Shown here: piece by piece, positions 1 through 10,069 of the stretch | Layout: every line of letters begins with the position of its first letter | Numbering within the stretch: the stretch's first letter is position 1 | Assembly: GCA_043780835.1 (NCBI GenBank) | Contig: JAYWCB010000005.1 | Coordinates: 22,280-86,279, forward strand | Length of the DNA: 64,000 bases | Direction: 5' to 3' | From: Minisyncoccota bacterium | Lineage (GTDB): Bacteria > Patescibacteriota > Minisyncoccia > Phycocordibacterales > UBA2100 | The notes under the pieces: generated by a model | Databases searched by the model: none | What the model was told of the DNA's origin: nothing | What the model saw: only the letters and a program-made list of their open reading frames with translations | Program-made: the position numbers and the translations under genes

Positions 1-88
1 GCTGCAGGTCTGGGAAGAACTTGAAACACTTGGCAAAGCAAAACTGCGCGTCATGCCCAACGGTCAAACACGCTATTTATTGCTATAA
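1..88 (+). CDS. 3' end of an unidentified CDS (partial)
   Basis: Open frame from nt 2 (LQVWEELETLGKAKLRVMPNGQTRYLLL*) ending at TAA 86-88, just before the cupin gene. Confidence 0.4.
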   Translation, partial: LQVWEELETLGKAKLRVMPNGQTRYLLL

Positions 89-98
89 AATTTTTGAT

Positions 99-431
99 AT
101 GCACGTCTTTAATGCGGATACTATACCGATGGAACAGCGAAAGGGACTCGCTATTCGCGTTTTCCCGACGTCACTTTCCAAGAAAACTGAATTTATATAT
201 GTCGAATCAGAAATAGGACATGGACCTGTTGTCATTCAGCGAGTCAGTGATTTTTCGTATTTTATTGTTGAAGGATCGGGTGAATTTGAGATAGATAAAA
301 AAATTGAATTGTGCAAAAAAGGGGACCTCATTGTAATACCGGCAGGTACGCCATATACGTATCGCGGAAAAATGAATATCGTCGCATCGTCAACACCGCC
401 CTGGACCGCTGAGCAACAAATGACTGTATGA
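99..431 (+). CDS. cupin domain protein
   Basis: Cupin-like motifs YFIVEGSGEF and GDLIVIPAGTPY; ATG 99 preferred to TTG 21; stop overlaps pheT start (ATGA). Confidence 0.75.
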   Translation: MHVFNADTIPMEQRKGLAIRVFPTSLSKKTEFIYVESEIGHGPVVIQRVSDFSYFIVEGSGEFEIDKKIELCKKGDLIVIPAGTPYTYRGKMNIVASSTPPWTAEQQMTV

Positions 432-2227
432 AAATCTCCCGCAATTGGCTCCAGACCTATTTCGATAAACCGCTCCCCGACGCATTCGTTCTTTCTGATG
501 CGCTCACATTCCACGCGTTTGAAATCGACGGCGTAGAGCGTCATGGAGACGATGACATCCTCGATGTAAAAATCACCGCGAATCGTGGACACGATTGTTT
601 GAATCATCGCTCGATCGCGAAAGAAGTATCAGCAATTTTGGATATGCCAATGAAAGCGGATCCGTTAAAAATACAGCCAACGCTCGAACCGAAAACGAAT
701 CTGGTGTCCGTAAAAATCACTGAGACCTCGCTGTGCTCGCGATTCACCGCAGGGTATATTCGCGGCGTGACTGTTGGCCCGTCACCCGAATGGCTCAAAA
801 TCGCGCTCGAATCAATCGGCCAACGCTCGATCAATAATGTGGTAGATGCTACGAATTTCGTGATGTTCAATCTTGGGCAACCGTTGCACGCGTTCGATGC
901 GGGCAAGCTTGTGGCAAGTGATGTGGGCTATGCGCTCGAGGTGCGCCGAGCGCAGCCGGGCGAGAAAATTACCGCGCTTGATAACAAGGTCTACGAACTT
1001 TCGGATTCAATGCTCATGGTCGCGGATGCCAACGCCGGTGTTGCTGCCGGAATTGCGGGTGTCAAAGGCGGATTGCCTGCGGCGGTCGATTCGTCCACAC
1101 ATGACATCATCCTCGAGTCGGCGAATTTCAACGGAGTTTCAGTTCGCCGAACTGCATCTGCGCTCAAACTGCGCACCGATGCCTCCGCTCGTTTTGAGCA
1201 AGTGATTTCACCGGAATATGCTGCGCACGGCATGCGCGCCGTCGCTGCGCTCATAGTCGAACTTGCCGGCGGTGAACTCGTCGGATTTGTAGATGAGTAT
1301 CCCGTGCCGCAAACAATGACACCGGTTACGGTATCGACGGCGAAAGTGAACGCCGTTTTAGGCACACAGCTTCCCGCGTCTGAAATGGAACGTGCGCTTA
1401 CTCGTCTGGATCTTTCCCACATGAGCGCAAGCGACACATTTACCGTAACGCCTCGTTTTGAGCGTCTCGATCTCACCAGTCCCGAGGACTTGATCGAAGA
1501 AATCGGACGCATCATCGGCTACGACATGGTGCCGGAAATTGAATTACCGACACTCGGCACAAAGCCGCACATCAACGAAAACTTCGCTCGTATCGAATCC
1601 GTGCGCGAGCATATGATCGCCGAAGGCTATAGCGAAGTCTACACATCAGTATTTACCGAAAAAGGAGAGCGAGAAGTACTCAACAAAGTCGGCGGCGATC
1701 GCTCGTATCTGCGCGCGAATCTCACGGATGGGCTCAGTGAGGCGCTGGAGCGCAATGTGCGAATCAAAGACGCGCTCGGCGTCAAACAAGTGCAACTATT
1801 CGAAATTGGAACAATATGGACGGCCGGCGAAGAGAAGCTCGTTGTCGGTACCGCTGTCGAAAAAGGCGAGATAAAACAATACGCACTCAGTGATATTCCT
1901 GTACCTGAAGTCTACCCAGCGGGGGAAGGTTCAACGCTTGATCGCTACAAAACATTCTCGCGCTATCCATTTATTGTGCGCGATATCGCTATGTGGGTTC
2001 CGACAGGGACAATGGCCGACAGCGTACTCGAAACCATCCGTTCGCAGGGCGGACCCCTTCTTATGCGAACAGAACTGTTCGACACGTTCGTTAAAGGCGA
2101 CAAAACCTCCTTCGCGTTCAGATTGGTATTTCAATCATTTGATAAAACCCTTACAGACGACGAAGTGAATGCAATTGTTGCAACAACTACCACCGCACTG
2201 CAGGCACAGGGTTTCGAGATTCGTTAG
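428..2227 (+). CDS. pheT: phenylalanine--tRNA ligase beta subunit (short form without the B2 OB-fold)
   Basis: MKISRNWL start, NRGHDCL, INNVVDATN...GQPLHAFD, EDLIEEIGRIIGYD, C-terminal FDX-ACB (SRYPFIVRDIA...TLTDDEV). Confidence 0.97.
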   Translation: MKISRNWLQTYFDKPLPDAFVLSDALTFHAFEIDGVERHGDDDILDVKITANRGHDCLNHRSIAKEVSAILDMPMKADPLKIQPTLEPKTNLVSVKITETSLCSRFTAGYIRGVTVGPSPEWLKIALESIGQRSINNVVDATNFVMFNLGQPLHAFDAGKLVASDVGYALEVRRAQPGEKITALDNKVYELSDSMLMVADANAGVAAGIAGVKGGLPAAVDSSTHDIILESANFNGVSVRRTASALKLRTDASARFEQVISPEYAAHGMRAVAALIVELAGGELVGFVDEYPVPQTMTPVTVSTAKVNAVLGTQLPASEMERALTRLDLSHMSASDTFTVTPRFERLDLTSPEDLIEEIGRIIGYDMVPEIELPTLGTKPHINENFARIESVREHMIAEGYSEVYTSVFTEKGEREVLNKVGGDRSYLRANLTDGLSEALERNVRIKDALGVKQVQLFEIGTIWTAGEEKLVVGTAVEKGEIKQYALSDIPVPEVYPAGEGSTLDRYKTFSRYPFIVRDIAMWVPTGTMADSVLETIRSQGGPLLMRTELFDTFVKGDKTSFAFRLVFQSFDKTLTDDEVNAIVATTTTALQAQGFEIR

Positions 2228-2295
2228 GAGCCGCGTACTCGCACACAACGGTTCGATTTCGCGCATCCGAAAACAGTGACGGAGATTTCTCAAAC

Positions 2296-2322
2296 AAAGC
2301 CCCGGTGTGATACCGGGGCTTT
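2296..2322. terminator. bidirectional intrinsic terminator
   Basis: AAAGCCCCGGT-GTGAT-ACCGGGGCTTT between convergent genes. Confidence 0.8.
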
Positions 2323-2342
2323 CTGTATTTAAACGCTGAACG

Positions 2343-2813
2343 CTACCAATTCGGTGCGGCGTTCGCGTAGGTGGCTGTCGGTCGGTACTCGCGGTATCCC
2401 ATGGCTGCGATCGAGTTCGCTTTCATAAGTATTAACTTCGATTTGAGGCCGCCGCGAGCGGCAATCCAGCGTCGCACCGGTTTCGGATACATCGCGTACA
2501 GCATTTTCGTTGCTTCGCGGTTTGTTACCGCACGACCGTTGGCATCTAAGTTCCATGCCGCATGGAATCCTAAGACGGCGCGCCGCGTGAAGAATATGCG
2601 TTCTGCAGGCACTGCACCGAACACAATTGTGCAGGATGATGCACAGAATCCGTCGATAATCACGTGCTCACCTGAACTCCGCAGGTCCTGGTACCGGTCG
2701 ACATACGTGCCGATTCGTCCGCCGCGATCGTCAGTTATTCTCACTTGCGCATGAGTCATCCCCGGCGCGAGTGTGAATACGAAAAATACTGCTGTGAGAT
2801 ATCGAATCAACAT
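2343..2813 (-). CDS. secreted ClpP/crotonase-like hypothetical protein (Rhizobiales-type family)
   Basis: Signal peptide ending THA; motifs DRGG, IDGFCASSC, LGFH; GGGGAG RBS. Confidence 0.75.
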   Translation of the reverse strand: MLIRYLTAVFFVFTLAPGMTHAQVRITDDRGGRIGTYVDRYQDLRSSGEHVIIDGFCASSCTIVFGAVPAERIFFTRRAVLGFHAAWNLDANGRAVTNREATKMLYAMYPKPVRRWIAARGGLKSKLILMKANSIAAMGYREYRPTATYANAAPNW

Positions 2814-2926
2814 TCGCGTCTCCCCAAAGCTGAGCGATATTGCTCTACAAGAATTCTATAAGCGCCGCTGCGTGAAAGCAATCAAAGAAAAACCGGCACA
2901 TCGTGCCGGCAGTCAGTGATTGTTCG

Positions 2927-3487
2927 CTATCGCAGATCCTGCGCAGAACATAGGGGGAAGATGCCGACTGCATCTTCTGCACGCATTTTTAGCGACGAGT
3001 CGAATGTTTTCGCAATGGGATACCCGCCGTGTCTCTTCACCCAGCGGGTGATTGCTGCAGAATGCGTCGGGTTGAAGTACCGGGCGGTCATCATTGTGCC
3101 GTCGTCGTGCAGTTTGGCGTTGCCAAACCGGTCCTTCGCAAAAATCGAACCCTTGTGGAATCCAAGTACGGCGATAGGAGTTAGGCATACTCGAATTCCG
3201 CGAAGCTGCGCCTGGTCAAGCACGTGCACGCACGCAGAGACACACACACCGTCAACCATGATGTGACGGATATGCCGTTGCTGCATTTGAGCAAGCGCAA
3301 ACTCGAAAAACGGCATACGCCCACCGGTGTTCCATTTGATGATGCATCGTGTGGGCGTGCATCCCGGGAACATCAGTGCCACAAAGTCTGTTTCTTCCTC
3401 CTGCGTACCTGTAGTTGACGCGTGCGCGGTATACGGCAGAGCGCACTGGGCAAGCAGTGCGGCAATTCTTAGCGCGTGCTTCAGCAT
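2927..3487 (-). CDS. secreted ClpP/crotonase-like hypothetical protein, diverged paralog of 2343-2813
   Basis: Signal peptide ending AHA; NTGG, VDGVCVSAC, LGFH; GGAGG RBS. Confidence 0.7.
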   Translation of the reverse strand: MLKHALRIAALLAQCALPYTAHASTTGTQEEETDFVALMFPGCTPTRCIIKWNTGGRMPFFEFALAQMQQRHIRHIMVDGVCVSACVHVLDQAQLRGIRVCLTPIAVLGFHKGSIFAKDRFGNAKLHDDGTMMTARYFNPTHSAAITRWVKRHGGYPIAKTFDSSLKMRAEDAVGIFPLCSAQDLR

Positions 3488-3629
3488 GGTCGCCTCCGCT
3501 ACAGGTGGTTGTACGATTCGGCTGCGCGTACTATACGTCGCATACCTAAACCGACAAGGATATTTCGAAGCGAGCAGTGTCGCAAGTGGGCAAGGAGGTG
3601 TTTTTTTGATATACTCAAACGACTAAAAT

Positions 3630-5672
3630 ATGGCTGAAACCAAGGGAAATAAGAGTGGTAAAACAGGCTCGTACGGAGCAGCGGACATTACGGTATTAGA
3701 GGGCTTGGAAGCGGTCCGGCGGCGACCGGGCATGTATATCGGCACCACCGGTCCCGATGGTCTCCATCATCTTATTACGGAAATCTTCGATAACTCACGC
3801 GACGAAGCGATGGGCGGTTTTGCTGATGACATCGAGATTGCACTGTTGCCCGATAACATGGTTCGCGTGGTCGACAACGGCCGTGGTATTCCGGTCGACA
3901 TCCATCCAAAAACAAAAGTTTCCGCGCTTGAAACCATTATGACCACACTGCACGCCGGCGGTAAATTCGGTGGTGAGGGATACAAAGTTTCGGGTGGACT
4001 CCACGGAGTGGGAGCGTCTGTTGTGAATGCACTTTCCACGTACGCGCGTGTAGAAGTGCATCGCGACGGCGGGCAGCATGTGCAGGAATACAAAAATGGC
4101 GGCAAGGCAGTTTCAAAAGTAAAACAAATCGGCAAATCAAAATTCCACGGCACGATCACTGTGTTCCAGGCAGACCCTTCAATCTTTCAAGTTATTGAGT
4201 ACAACTGGGATCGCATCGTGCAGCACATGCGTCAGCAGGCATATTTGGTAAAAGGCTTGCGCATTGCAATGTACGACCTACGAAATGCAGAAAAAGTACC
4301 ACACGAAGACGTGATTTATTTGCGCGAGCTCGGGCTCGATGCACCATCGTTCTCGTTCTATTTCGAAGGAGGTCTTCGATCACTGGTCGGATTCCAGAAT
4401 CATCACCAGGAGCCGGTTCACAAAACCATTTTCTATGTAGAAAAAGAATTGGATGGTGTGCAAGTAGAAGTTGCATTGCAATACGTTGACGATATGTCGA
4501 CACGCCTCACCGCATTTGCCAATAATATTTACACTGCCGAAGGCGGCACACACGTAACCGGATTTAAAACCGCGCTTACCCGGACACTGAATGTGAAGAA
4601 CGGGGGCGGGAAAGACTCTGACAGCTTTACGGGCGACGACGTGCTCGAAGGGCTCACGGCGGTGGTATCAGTAAAACTTCAGGAAATCCAGTTCGAAGGC
4701 CAGACCAAGGGAAAGCTCGGTTCGATGGAGGCTCGCGGTGCAACCGAAACGGTTTTTGGGGAAGCGTTCAATATGTTTCTCGAAGAGCATCCCGACGAAG
4801 CACGTGCAATCATAGGCAAAATCACGCTCGCCATGAAGGCGCGCAAAGCTGCGAAAGCCGCCAAGGATTCTATATTGCGTAAAGGTGCGCTCGACGGCAT
4901 GACATTGCCCGGCAAGCTCGCAGACTGCCAGAGCAAATCAGCCGAAGAATCAGAAATCTTTATTGTGGAAGGAGACTCGGCAGGGGGCACTGCGAAAATG
5001 GGTCGCGATCGTCGCATTCAGGCGGTACTTCCGTTGCGCGGAAAAATTCTCAACATCGAACGAGCGCGCCTCGATAAAATGCTCGCGTCAGAACAGATCA
5101 AGAATCTCGTCGTAGCGCTCGGCACCGCAATCGGCGACATCTTCGATCTTTCAAAATTGCGTTATCACAAGATCATTATTGCAACTGATGCCGACGTGGA
5201 CGGGGCACATATTCGTACGCTCTTGCTTACGCTTATGTATCGCCACTTCCGCCCGGTTATCGACGGCGGATTCCTTTATATTGCGCAACCGCCACTTTTC
5301 AAAATTAAAAAAGGAAAAGAAGTGCACTACGCATATTCAGACGCCGAGCGCATCAAATACGCTGGATCAGACACACCGCTGGAATCTGAGGCGGCAGAGC
5401 CGGAGGACGTTGAAGGGGAAGAAATTCCCGAGGAAGTGCAAAAAAAGCGAGCCACCAAAATTTCAGTGCAACGATACAAGGGCTTGGGAGAAATGAATTC
5501 AGATGAATTGTGGGAAACCACGATGGATCCCGCGCGACGCATTTTGAAGCAAGTAAACATTGAGGATGCAGTGGATGCAGATATGGTGTTCGACATGCTC
5601 ATGGGCACCGACGTGCCTGCACGCAAATCATTCATTCAGTCACATGCCAAAGAGGCAACGCTCGACATCTAG
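3630..5672 (+). CDS. gyrB: DNA gyrase subunit B
   Basis: LEAVRRRPGMYIG, DNGRGIP, SGGLHGVG, EGDSAGG, PLRGKILN, DADVDG, RYKGLGEM. Confidence 0.97.
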   Translation: MAETKGNKSGKTGSYGAADITVLEGLEAVRRRPGMYIGTTGPDGLHHLITEIFDNSRDEAMGGFADDIEIALLPDNMVRVVDNGRGIPVDIHPKTKVSALETIMTTLHAGGKFGGEGYKVSGGLHGVGASVVNALSTYARVEVHRDGGQHVQEYKNGGKAVSKVKQIGKSKFHGTITVFQADPSIFQVIEYNWDRIVQHMRQQAYLVKGLRIAMYDLRNAEKVPHEDVIYLRELGLDAPSFSFYFEGGLRSLVGFQNHHQEPVHKTIFYVEKELDGVQVEVALQYVDDMSTRLTAFANNIYTAEGGTHVTGFKTALTRTLNVKNGGGKDSDSFTGDDVLEGLTAVVSVKLQEIQFEGQTKGKLGSMEARGATETVFGEAFNMFLEEHPDEARAIIGKITLAMKARKAAKAAKDSILRKGALDGMTLPGKLADCQSKSAEESEIFIVEGDSAGGTAKMGRDRRIQAVLPLRGKILNIERARLDKMLASEQIKNLVVALGTAIGDIFDLSKLRYHKIIIATDADVDGAHIRTLLLTLMYRHFRPVIDGGFLYIAQPPLFKIKKGKEVHYAYSDAERIKYAGSDTPLESEAAEPEDVEGEEIPEEVQKKRATKISVQRYKGLGEMNSDELWETTMDPARRILKQVNIEDAVDADMVFDMLMGTDVPARKSFIQSHAKEATLDI

Positions 5673-5699
5673 TCACGCTGAGCACGATATACTGTGGCG

Positions 5700-6779
5700 A
5701 TGAATGAAAGCATTCGTCGCGCACGCGATGTAAAGCGTGCAGAAATCGCACAGTCAAAAGTTGACGAGCCGGTCGAAAAGATCGACGAGGGCCGTCGTTG
5801 GTTTTTGCGGGGCGCTATTGCAAGTGCTGCGATGGCGGTGATGCCTGCACTTCCTGATACTGCGCACGCGGAAAAACTTGATGTACAGCGTTCTATAGAA
5901 GAGCGTGAAGCGATCATAGCGAATGCAATCGAGAAAACGAGGCGTGCAATGAACACGCCCGATGTACTCGCCGCGCGCAAAGGTGAAGGTCGCGACTTAT
6001 TGATGAAAGTGTTTCGCACGCTTCAATTTCCAATCACGCCGGAATTCATCAAAGGCACGAAGTACGACATGAGCGGTGTGCGCAAACGACACGCGGTGCA
6101 AATCGCATATCGGTGGGGGCGCAATCAGAAACTGATTGTGGAGCTTATTTCGAACAAGGCGGAATTCAAAAAAGAGACGGAGGCAGGGTATGGCAATGGA
6201 ATATTTTTCGGTACTGCACATTCTTTTCTCACTGCCAAACATGTGGCGGAAGATTCTCAGAACAGGCCCGATCCGAGAGCTGCTCGCGATATCGCGATTC
6301 TCCATACAGGTGCGTTGCGTGCACGTCCGGAACAGGTCGTAAAAGATGATCCCACACTTACCAACAACGACATCGACGGTGCGTTTGTTTCTGTCGAAGG
6401 AATTGATCCTGATACAACGGGTGATTTCGAGGGCTACAAAAGTTATCCCGGCGTTGCGCTGAAATTGTCGCGCGGGTTTATAGATAAATTATATTACACT
6501 ACTCCCGTTGCATACCGCGAGCGATTATGTAAATCGTTTGCGATTATATTGCCGCCTGGCGAGGGCACCGGGGCAACGGCCGCTCAAACGCCGGGTTCGG
6601 GTATGTCGGGTTCTCCGGTGTGGACGCTGCGCAACGGTGAGCGGGTGCTCGCCGGTATTATGCATATGACAACAAGTGAGCGGGACCCTGCGACCGGCAG
6701 AACTATCGATATAGCTTTTTTTCACGGCATCGAGGACGTGCGCGAAGAAGTTGCCTCACATATTCGAAGCGGCGCCTGA
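5700..6779 (+). CDS. trypsin-like serine protease with a twin-arginine-like export signal
   Basis: GRRWFL + hydrophobic stretch + AHA; triad motifs TAKHV, RDIAIL, GMSGSP; TATACT 6 nt before ATG 5700. Confidence 0.7.
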   Translation: MNESIRRARDVKRAEIAQSKVDEPVEKIDEGRRWFLRGAIASAAMAVMPALPDTAHAEKLDVQRSIEEREAIIANAIEKTRRAMNTPDVLAARKGEGRDLLMKVFRTLQFPITPEFIKGTKYDMSGVRKRHAVQIAYRWGRNQKLIVELISNKAEFKKETEAGYGNGIFFGTAHSFLTAKHVAEDSQNRPDPRAARDIAILHTGALRARPEQVVKDDPTLTNNDIDGAFVSVEGIDPDTTGDFEGYKSYPGVALKLSRGFIDKLYYTTPVAYRERLCKSFAIILPPGEGTGATAAQTPGSGMSGSPVWTLRNGERVLAGIMHMTTSERDPATGRTIDIAFFHGIEDVREEVASHIRSGA

Positions 6780-6825
6780 CGGCGCCGCTTTTTTCCAAAC
6801 ACATCGAGCGTGCGTGGTCTCGAAT

Positions 6826-7944
6826 TTAGTACTGGTACTGCGGGTAGTTTGGGTACTGCGTCTGGTACTGCTGTTGGTACGGGGGTTGATATTGCGGTTG
6901 ATACTGTGTCGCGCCGCTTACCCATACGGAGGCGTAATTATTTGACTGGCGACTGTCAGTTGCAAATAAATGTACCGTAAACATGCCATCAACGGCTGGG
7001 GTAAAGCGAAGTGTGTTGACCACGTGCGCACCACCGGCGAGTGACGGCTGTACCTGCGACGAGTATGTGTACGGTTGTGATGTCGGGATCTGCGCCTGGA
7101 ATGTGTATGAGCCGGACGGAGTAGATCCTATGTTGTGCACATCGAACTGCACCGCGGAGATTTCTGAAGGTGAATATGGCGCGCGCGCAACGAATGCACC
7201 GCTGTACGAGTCGATAACACCAACGGCAATGATTCGAACGGATAGATCAGCGGCAGACACCGGGCGTGGCGCTGGAACCGGTGACGGAATTGGGCGCGGA
7301 TAGCTAATCGGCTTTGGCGATGGGGTGATGTAAACCGGCTTTGGAGCAGGTGTCACGACCACCGGTGTTTCAACGACTGGTGTTGGTGGAGGTGTGATTA
7401 CAACCGGAGTGATAACAACCGGCGGAATCGTAATCGGTTCAGCCGAAACGACTCGAACGGTTGCGCTGCCTGTTGCTTCCGGGCCCGTGGTGCCTGCTGC
7501 GCTCGGAATGTAGAGAATTGAGATTGCTGTGTTTACCGAAGTAGTTCCCGTGAGCGTCGGGAGCATCGATGCAGTGCCGGTGGCATTGCCAACGGTGTAT
7601 GCAGCTCCGCACGGAATTGCATTTCCATCCACGGACATTTTCAAACCCTTTACGCATGTGTAGAGGATCGCATAGGTGCCGCGGTTTGGGCTCGAATGTT
7701 TCCACGAAACGTTGAACGGGGTATTTGCTGCGACTTCTGACGGTGCAGTTACGGTAATTTCTGTCTTTTTACTTCCGGAAAATGTATCCGAGAACCACGG
7801 AGTTGAAAGGGAAATGATATGGAGCAGACCCCAAATCACAATGATGATCAAAATGATGAATCCGACGATTGCGAGTATGTTTGCAACAATGCCCGGCTTG
7901 CGTGCCGGTCCCTGCGGTCGAATCTCTGGTGCTGCATCTGCCAT
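6826..7944 (-). CDS. membrane-anchored surface protein with Pro-rich linker, CARDB-like domain and Tyr/Gln/Pro tail
   Basis: N-terminal TM helix; PPVVITP repeats; ADLSVRI...VQFDVHNIGS...SNN CARDB-like pattern. Confidence 0.75.
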   Translation of the reverse strand: MADAAPEIRPQGPARKPGIVANILAIVGFIILIIIVIWGLLHIISLSTPWFSDTFSGSKKTEITVTAPSEVAANTPFNVSWKHSSPNRGTYAILYTCVKGLKMSVDGNAIPCGAAYTVGNATGTASMLPTLTGTTSVNTAISILYIPSAAGTTGPEATGSATVRVVSAEPITIPPVVITPVVITPPPTPVVETPVVVTPAPKPVYITPSPKPISYPRPIPSPVPAPRPVSAADLSVRIIAVGVIDSYSGAFVARAPYSPSEISAVQFDVHNIGSTPSGSYTFQAQIPTSQPYTYSSQVQPSLAGGAHVVNTLRFTPAVDGMFTVHLFATDSRQSNNYASVWVSGATQYQPQYQPPYQQQYQTQYPNYPQYQY

Positions 7945-8010
7945 ATACGTGTTTTAGTGAATTGAAACGTGAGTAAACCTCAAAATCTAATAAAAATCTA
8001 TGAGGCCGCA

Positions 8011-8085
8011 ATTGTAACACCGATTACTGCATTGTCAAGTGCATGAGATGAATTCATTGACAGTTCACCGCAGGGGTTGTACTTT
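8011..8085. promoter_or_regulatory. divergent sigma70-type promoter pair
   Basis: Minus strand TTGACA(8038-8033)-16-TACAAT(8016-8011); plus strand TTGACA(8057-8062)-17-TACTTT(8080-8085). Confidence 0.6.
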
Positions 8086-8137
8086 CGTGCCAGCACACCG
8101 ATCAATTGAGATTTGGTGTGAACAAAGGACATCATCA

Positions 8138-8659
8138 ATGCGCAACCGTATTGGAATGCTCATCGCGGCGTGCGCTGCGATGATTTTCGTAACCACTCCC
8201 GCCGTAGCTCAGCGAGCAAACGTAGGCAAGCAGGTGCAAGCACCGTCCGATATGAGAGCCTATGTGGTGCCGGCAGCGCCGGTTCCGTATTCGCAGGCAA
8301 TCACATCGGCGTCTGGTAATTTCTGTGCGTGGGCGCCGGCGGCATTCACGTGTCAGGAAAACCAGCAGATGCAGCAGGAGACCTGCTTCACTGCCTGTAT
8401 GACGCCGGCAGAATGGGAACTGTGTCCCACGAAGTCGTGGTTTGCCGACTCGTATGACCACCGCGACGCGGCACCGATCGGTGCGACACCCGCAAATCGC
8501 ATTCGCTTTTTCGAGCGGTGCGGCACGGTGTGCAGGCCAATGGGTTTTGCTCGCATGGCGTATTGGTACGAGCCGCGCAGAATGACCGATGGCTCATGGC
8601 ACGAAGGCCGCTGGATCGTGTTTCCGTTCTCACCGCCACGCTCGGCATCGAGAAACTGA
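8138..8659 (+). CDS. secreted Cys-rich hypothetical protein
   Basis: AAGGA RBS, signal peptide ending AVA, seven Cys in the mature part. Confidence 0.7.
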   Translation: MRNRIGMLIAACAAMIFVTTPAVAQRANVGKQVQAPSDMRAYVVPAAPVPYSQAITSASGNFCAWAPAAFTCQENQQMQQETCFTACMTPAEWELCPTKSWFADSYDHRDAAPIGATPANRIRFFERCGTVCRPMGFARMAYWYEPRRMTDGSWHEGRWIVFPFSPPRSASRN

Positions 8660-8740
8660 AACAAACGTTCTGTAGGTCGCGTTCGGAAGTATGACGATGG
8701 GCTGCACTCGCCGCCCATCGTCAATTTTTTTTGCAAAATT

Positions 8741-10069
8741 TTAATTCTGAAGCATGTTGTGCTTCGTCCAGTATTCGTATCGCCATTTGTACGACATGAT
8801 CGGGAACTTTTTTCCAACAAATGCGAACAAACTGTGTGTATCCATGAACATCGCGTATTTCACATAGGTGCTATCCGTTGAGAGCAGTCGCTCTTCTCCA
8901 AGAGCGCGACCCATATAGATAATGCACACAAGCAAAAACAGAATTCCGGATTGGACTGGGTTCACAATGCCCACGCCATTGAGCACAGGAAAATAGAGGA
9001 ACGCCCACTGGAAACACTTTGATACATAAATCGGATGCCGCGTGAACGCGAACGGTCCTGTGGTAATAATGCCACGCATCGAAATATTGGCTGCGCGTAT
9101 TCCCACGATGGCTTCGCCCCACAGGTGGATGATCGCCATAAATATGATCACGAACGCGACGCAAAAAAGTATCCCGGGATGTGCAATGGTGTGGTACGCC
9201 CAGGCTGGCGTGCCGTGGTAGACCGCTTCGGTTTCTGCCGCCGGCACATAGCGTACCCACCCGCCAAAGAGCGCGCTGTTAATCGGCGGGTAGCACGAGA
9301 GGTTAATCGCCCAGGCAAACCACGTGCGGTCTACCTTTTTTAATTCTGTTCCTATGAGACGTGAGGCAAAAATGTAACCGGGCAAAATTGATGCTACGAT
9401 CAACATAAAGATTGCCAGATCAAGTCGTGTAATAAACACGACAAAATCGCCGGAGATATCGGGAACACCGTTCACGCGCAAGAAATTGATGTACCACGTG
9501 AGCGCATAGAAGTTGATGAGCAGAAAGAAGCAGCGCAAAAGCCACTCGCGAACACCATCAAAGAAGATTTTCCAATCGATCTCCCCAATGTGGAGTCGCG
9601 CAAGGAGTCCGAACTGATAGGTGCCATCCTGTTTATTGCCGAGAATGTATTCGGTCGCAAAAATGAGTATAAGAGAGGCGGGTACGACGAACAATAATAC
9701 GGGTACGACCGCTTCTCGCAGACGATTTAAATTGATGGTGTCGTCGTATGAGGGGAAGAGCCACACGAGAAAGAAAATGAATGAAATACCGAGAAGCACT
9801 CCAATGAATTTCGTCACCGTCGTGTCGATGACATTGTTCAGAGAACGCGTGGGCCGATCAACGATCTTCCATGGAGCCCGTGCCAATTCTGAGCAAAAGA
9901 GGTAGCCGCTCGCGAGCAGTGCCATGACGAGGGTTATCGTCACGTCGGAGGCCGATGTGCGATAGAGAGTCAGAAAAACAGCGACAATGATCGCGACCGA
10001 TACGAGGGGATCGAACCAACTGCCCACGGAGAGTCGGTAGATGTCTGCTTTTGTTACTGATGTGCTCAT
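8741..10069 (-). CDS. polytopic membrane protein, isoprenylcysteine carboxyl methyltransferase (ICMT/PEMT) family
   Basis: Many TM helices; C-terminal IITTGPFAFTRHPIY and RALGEERLL motifs. Confidence 0.8.
   Translation of the reverse strand: MSTSVTKADIYRLSVGSWFDPLVSVAIIVAVFLTLYRTSASDVTITLVMALLASGYLFCSELARAPWKIVDRPTRSLNNVIDTTVTKFIGVLLGISFIFFLVWLFPSYDDTINLNRLREAVVPVLLFVVPASLILIFATEYILGNKQDGTYQFGLLARLHIGEIDWKIFFDGVREWLLRCFFLLINFYALTWYINFLRVNGVPDISGDFVVFITRLDLAIFMLIVASILPGYIFASRLIGTELKKVDRTWFAWAINLSCYPPINSALFGGWVRYVPAAETEAVYHGTPAWAYHTIAHPGILFCVAFVIIFMAIIHLWGEAIVGIRAANISMRGIITTGPFAFTRHPIYVSKCFQWAFLYFPVLNGVGIVNPVQSGILFLLVCIIYMGRALGEERLLSTDSTYVKYAMFMDTHSLFAFVGKKFPIMSYKWRYEYWTKHNMLQN

Noticed and set aside
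1926-1940. AAGGTTCAACGCTT in pheT as another coding-embedded palindrome
   Set aside because: Imperfect, no extended arms, and short enough to arise by chance
2228-2295. tRNA suggested by GGTTCGATT
   Set aside because: No acceptor stem, D-arm or anticodon arm could be built
5370-5460. Acidic insertion in GyrB as an intein or mobile insertion
   Set aside because: Short low-complexity segment at a known variable position, without intein motifs
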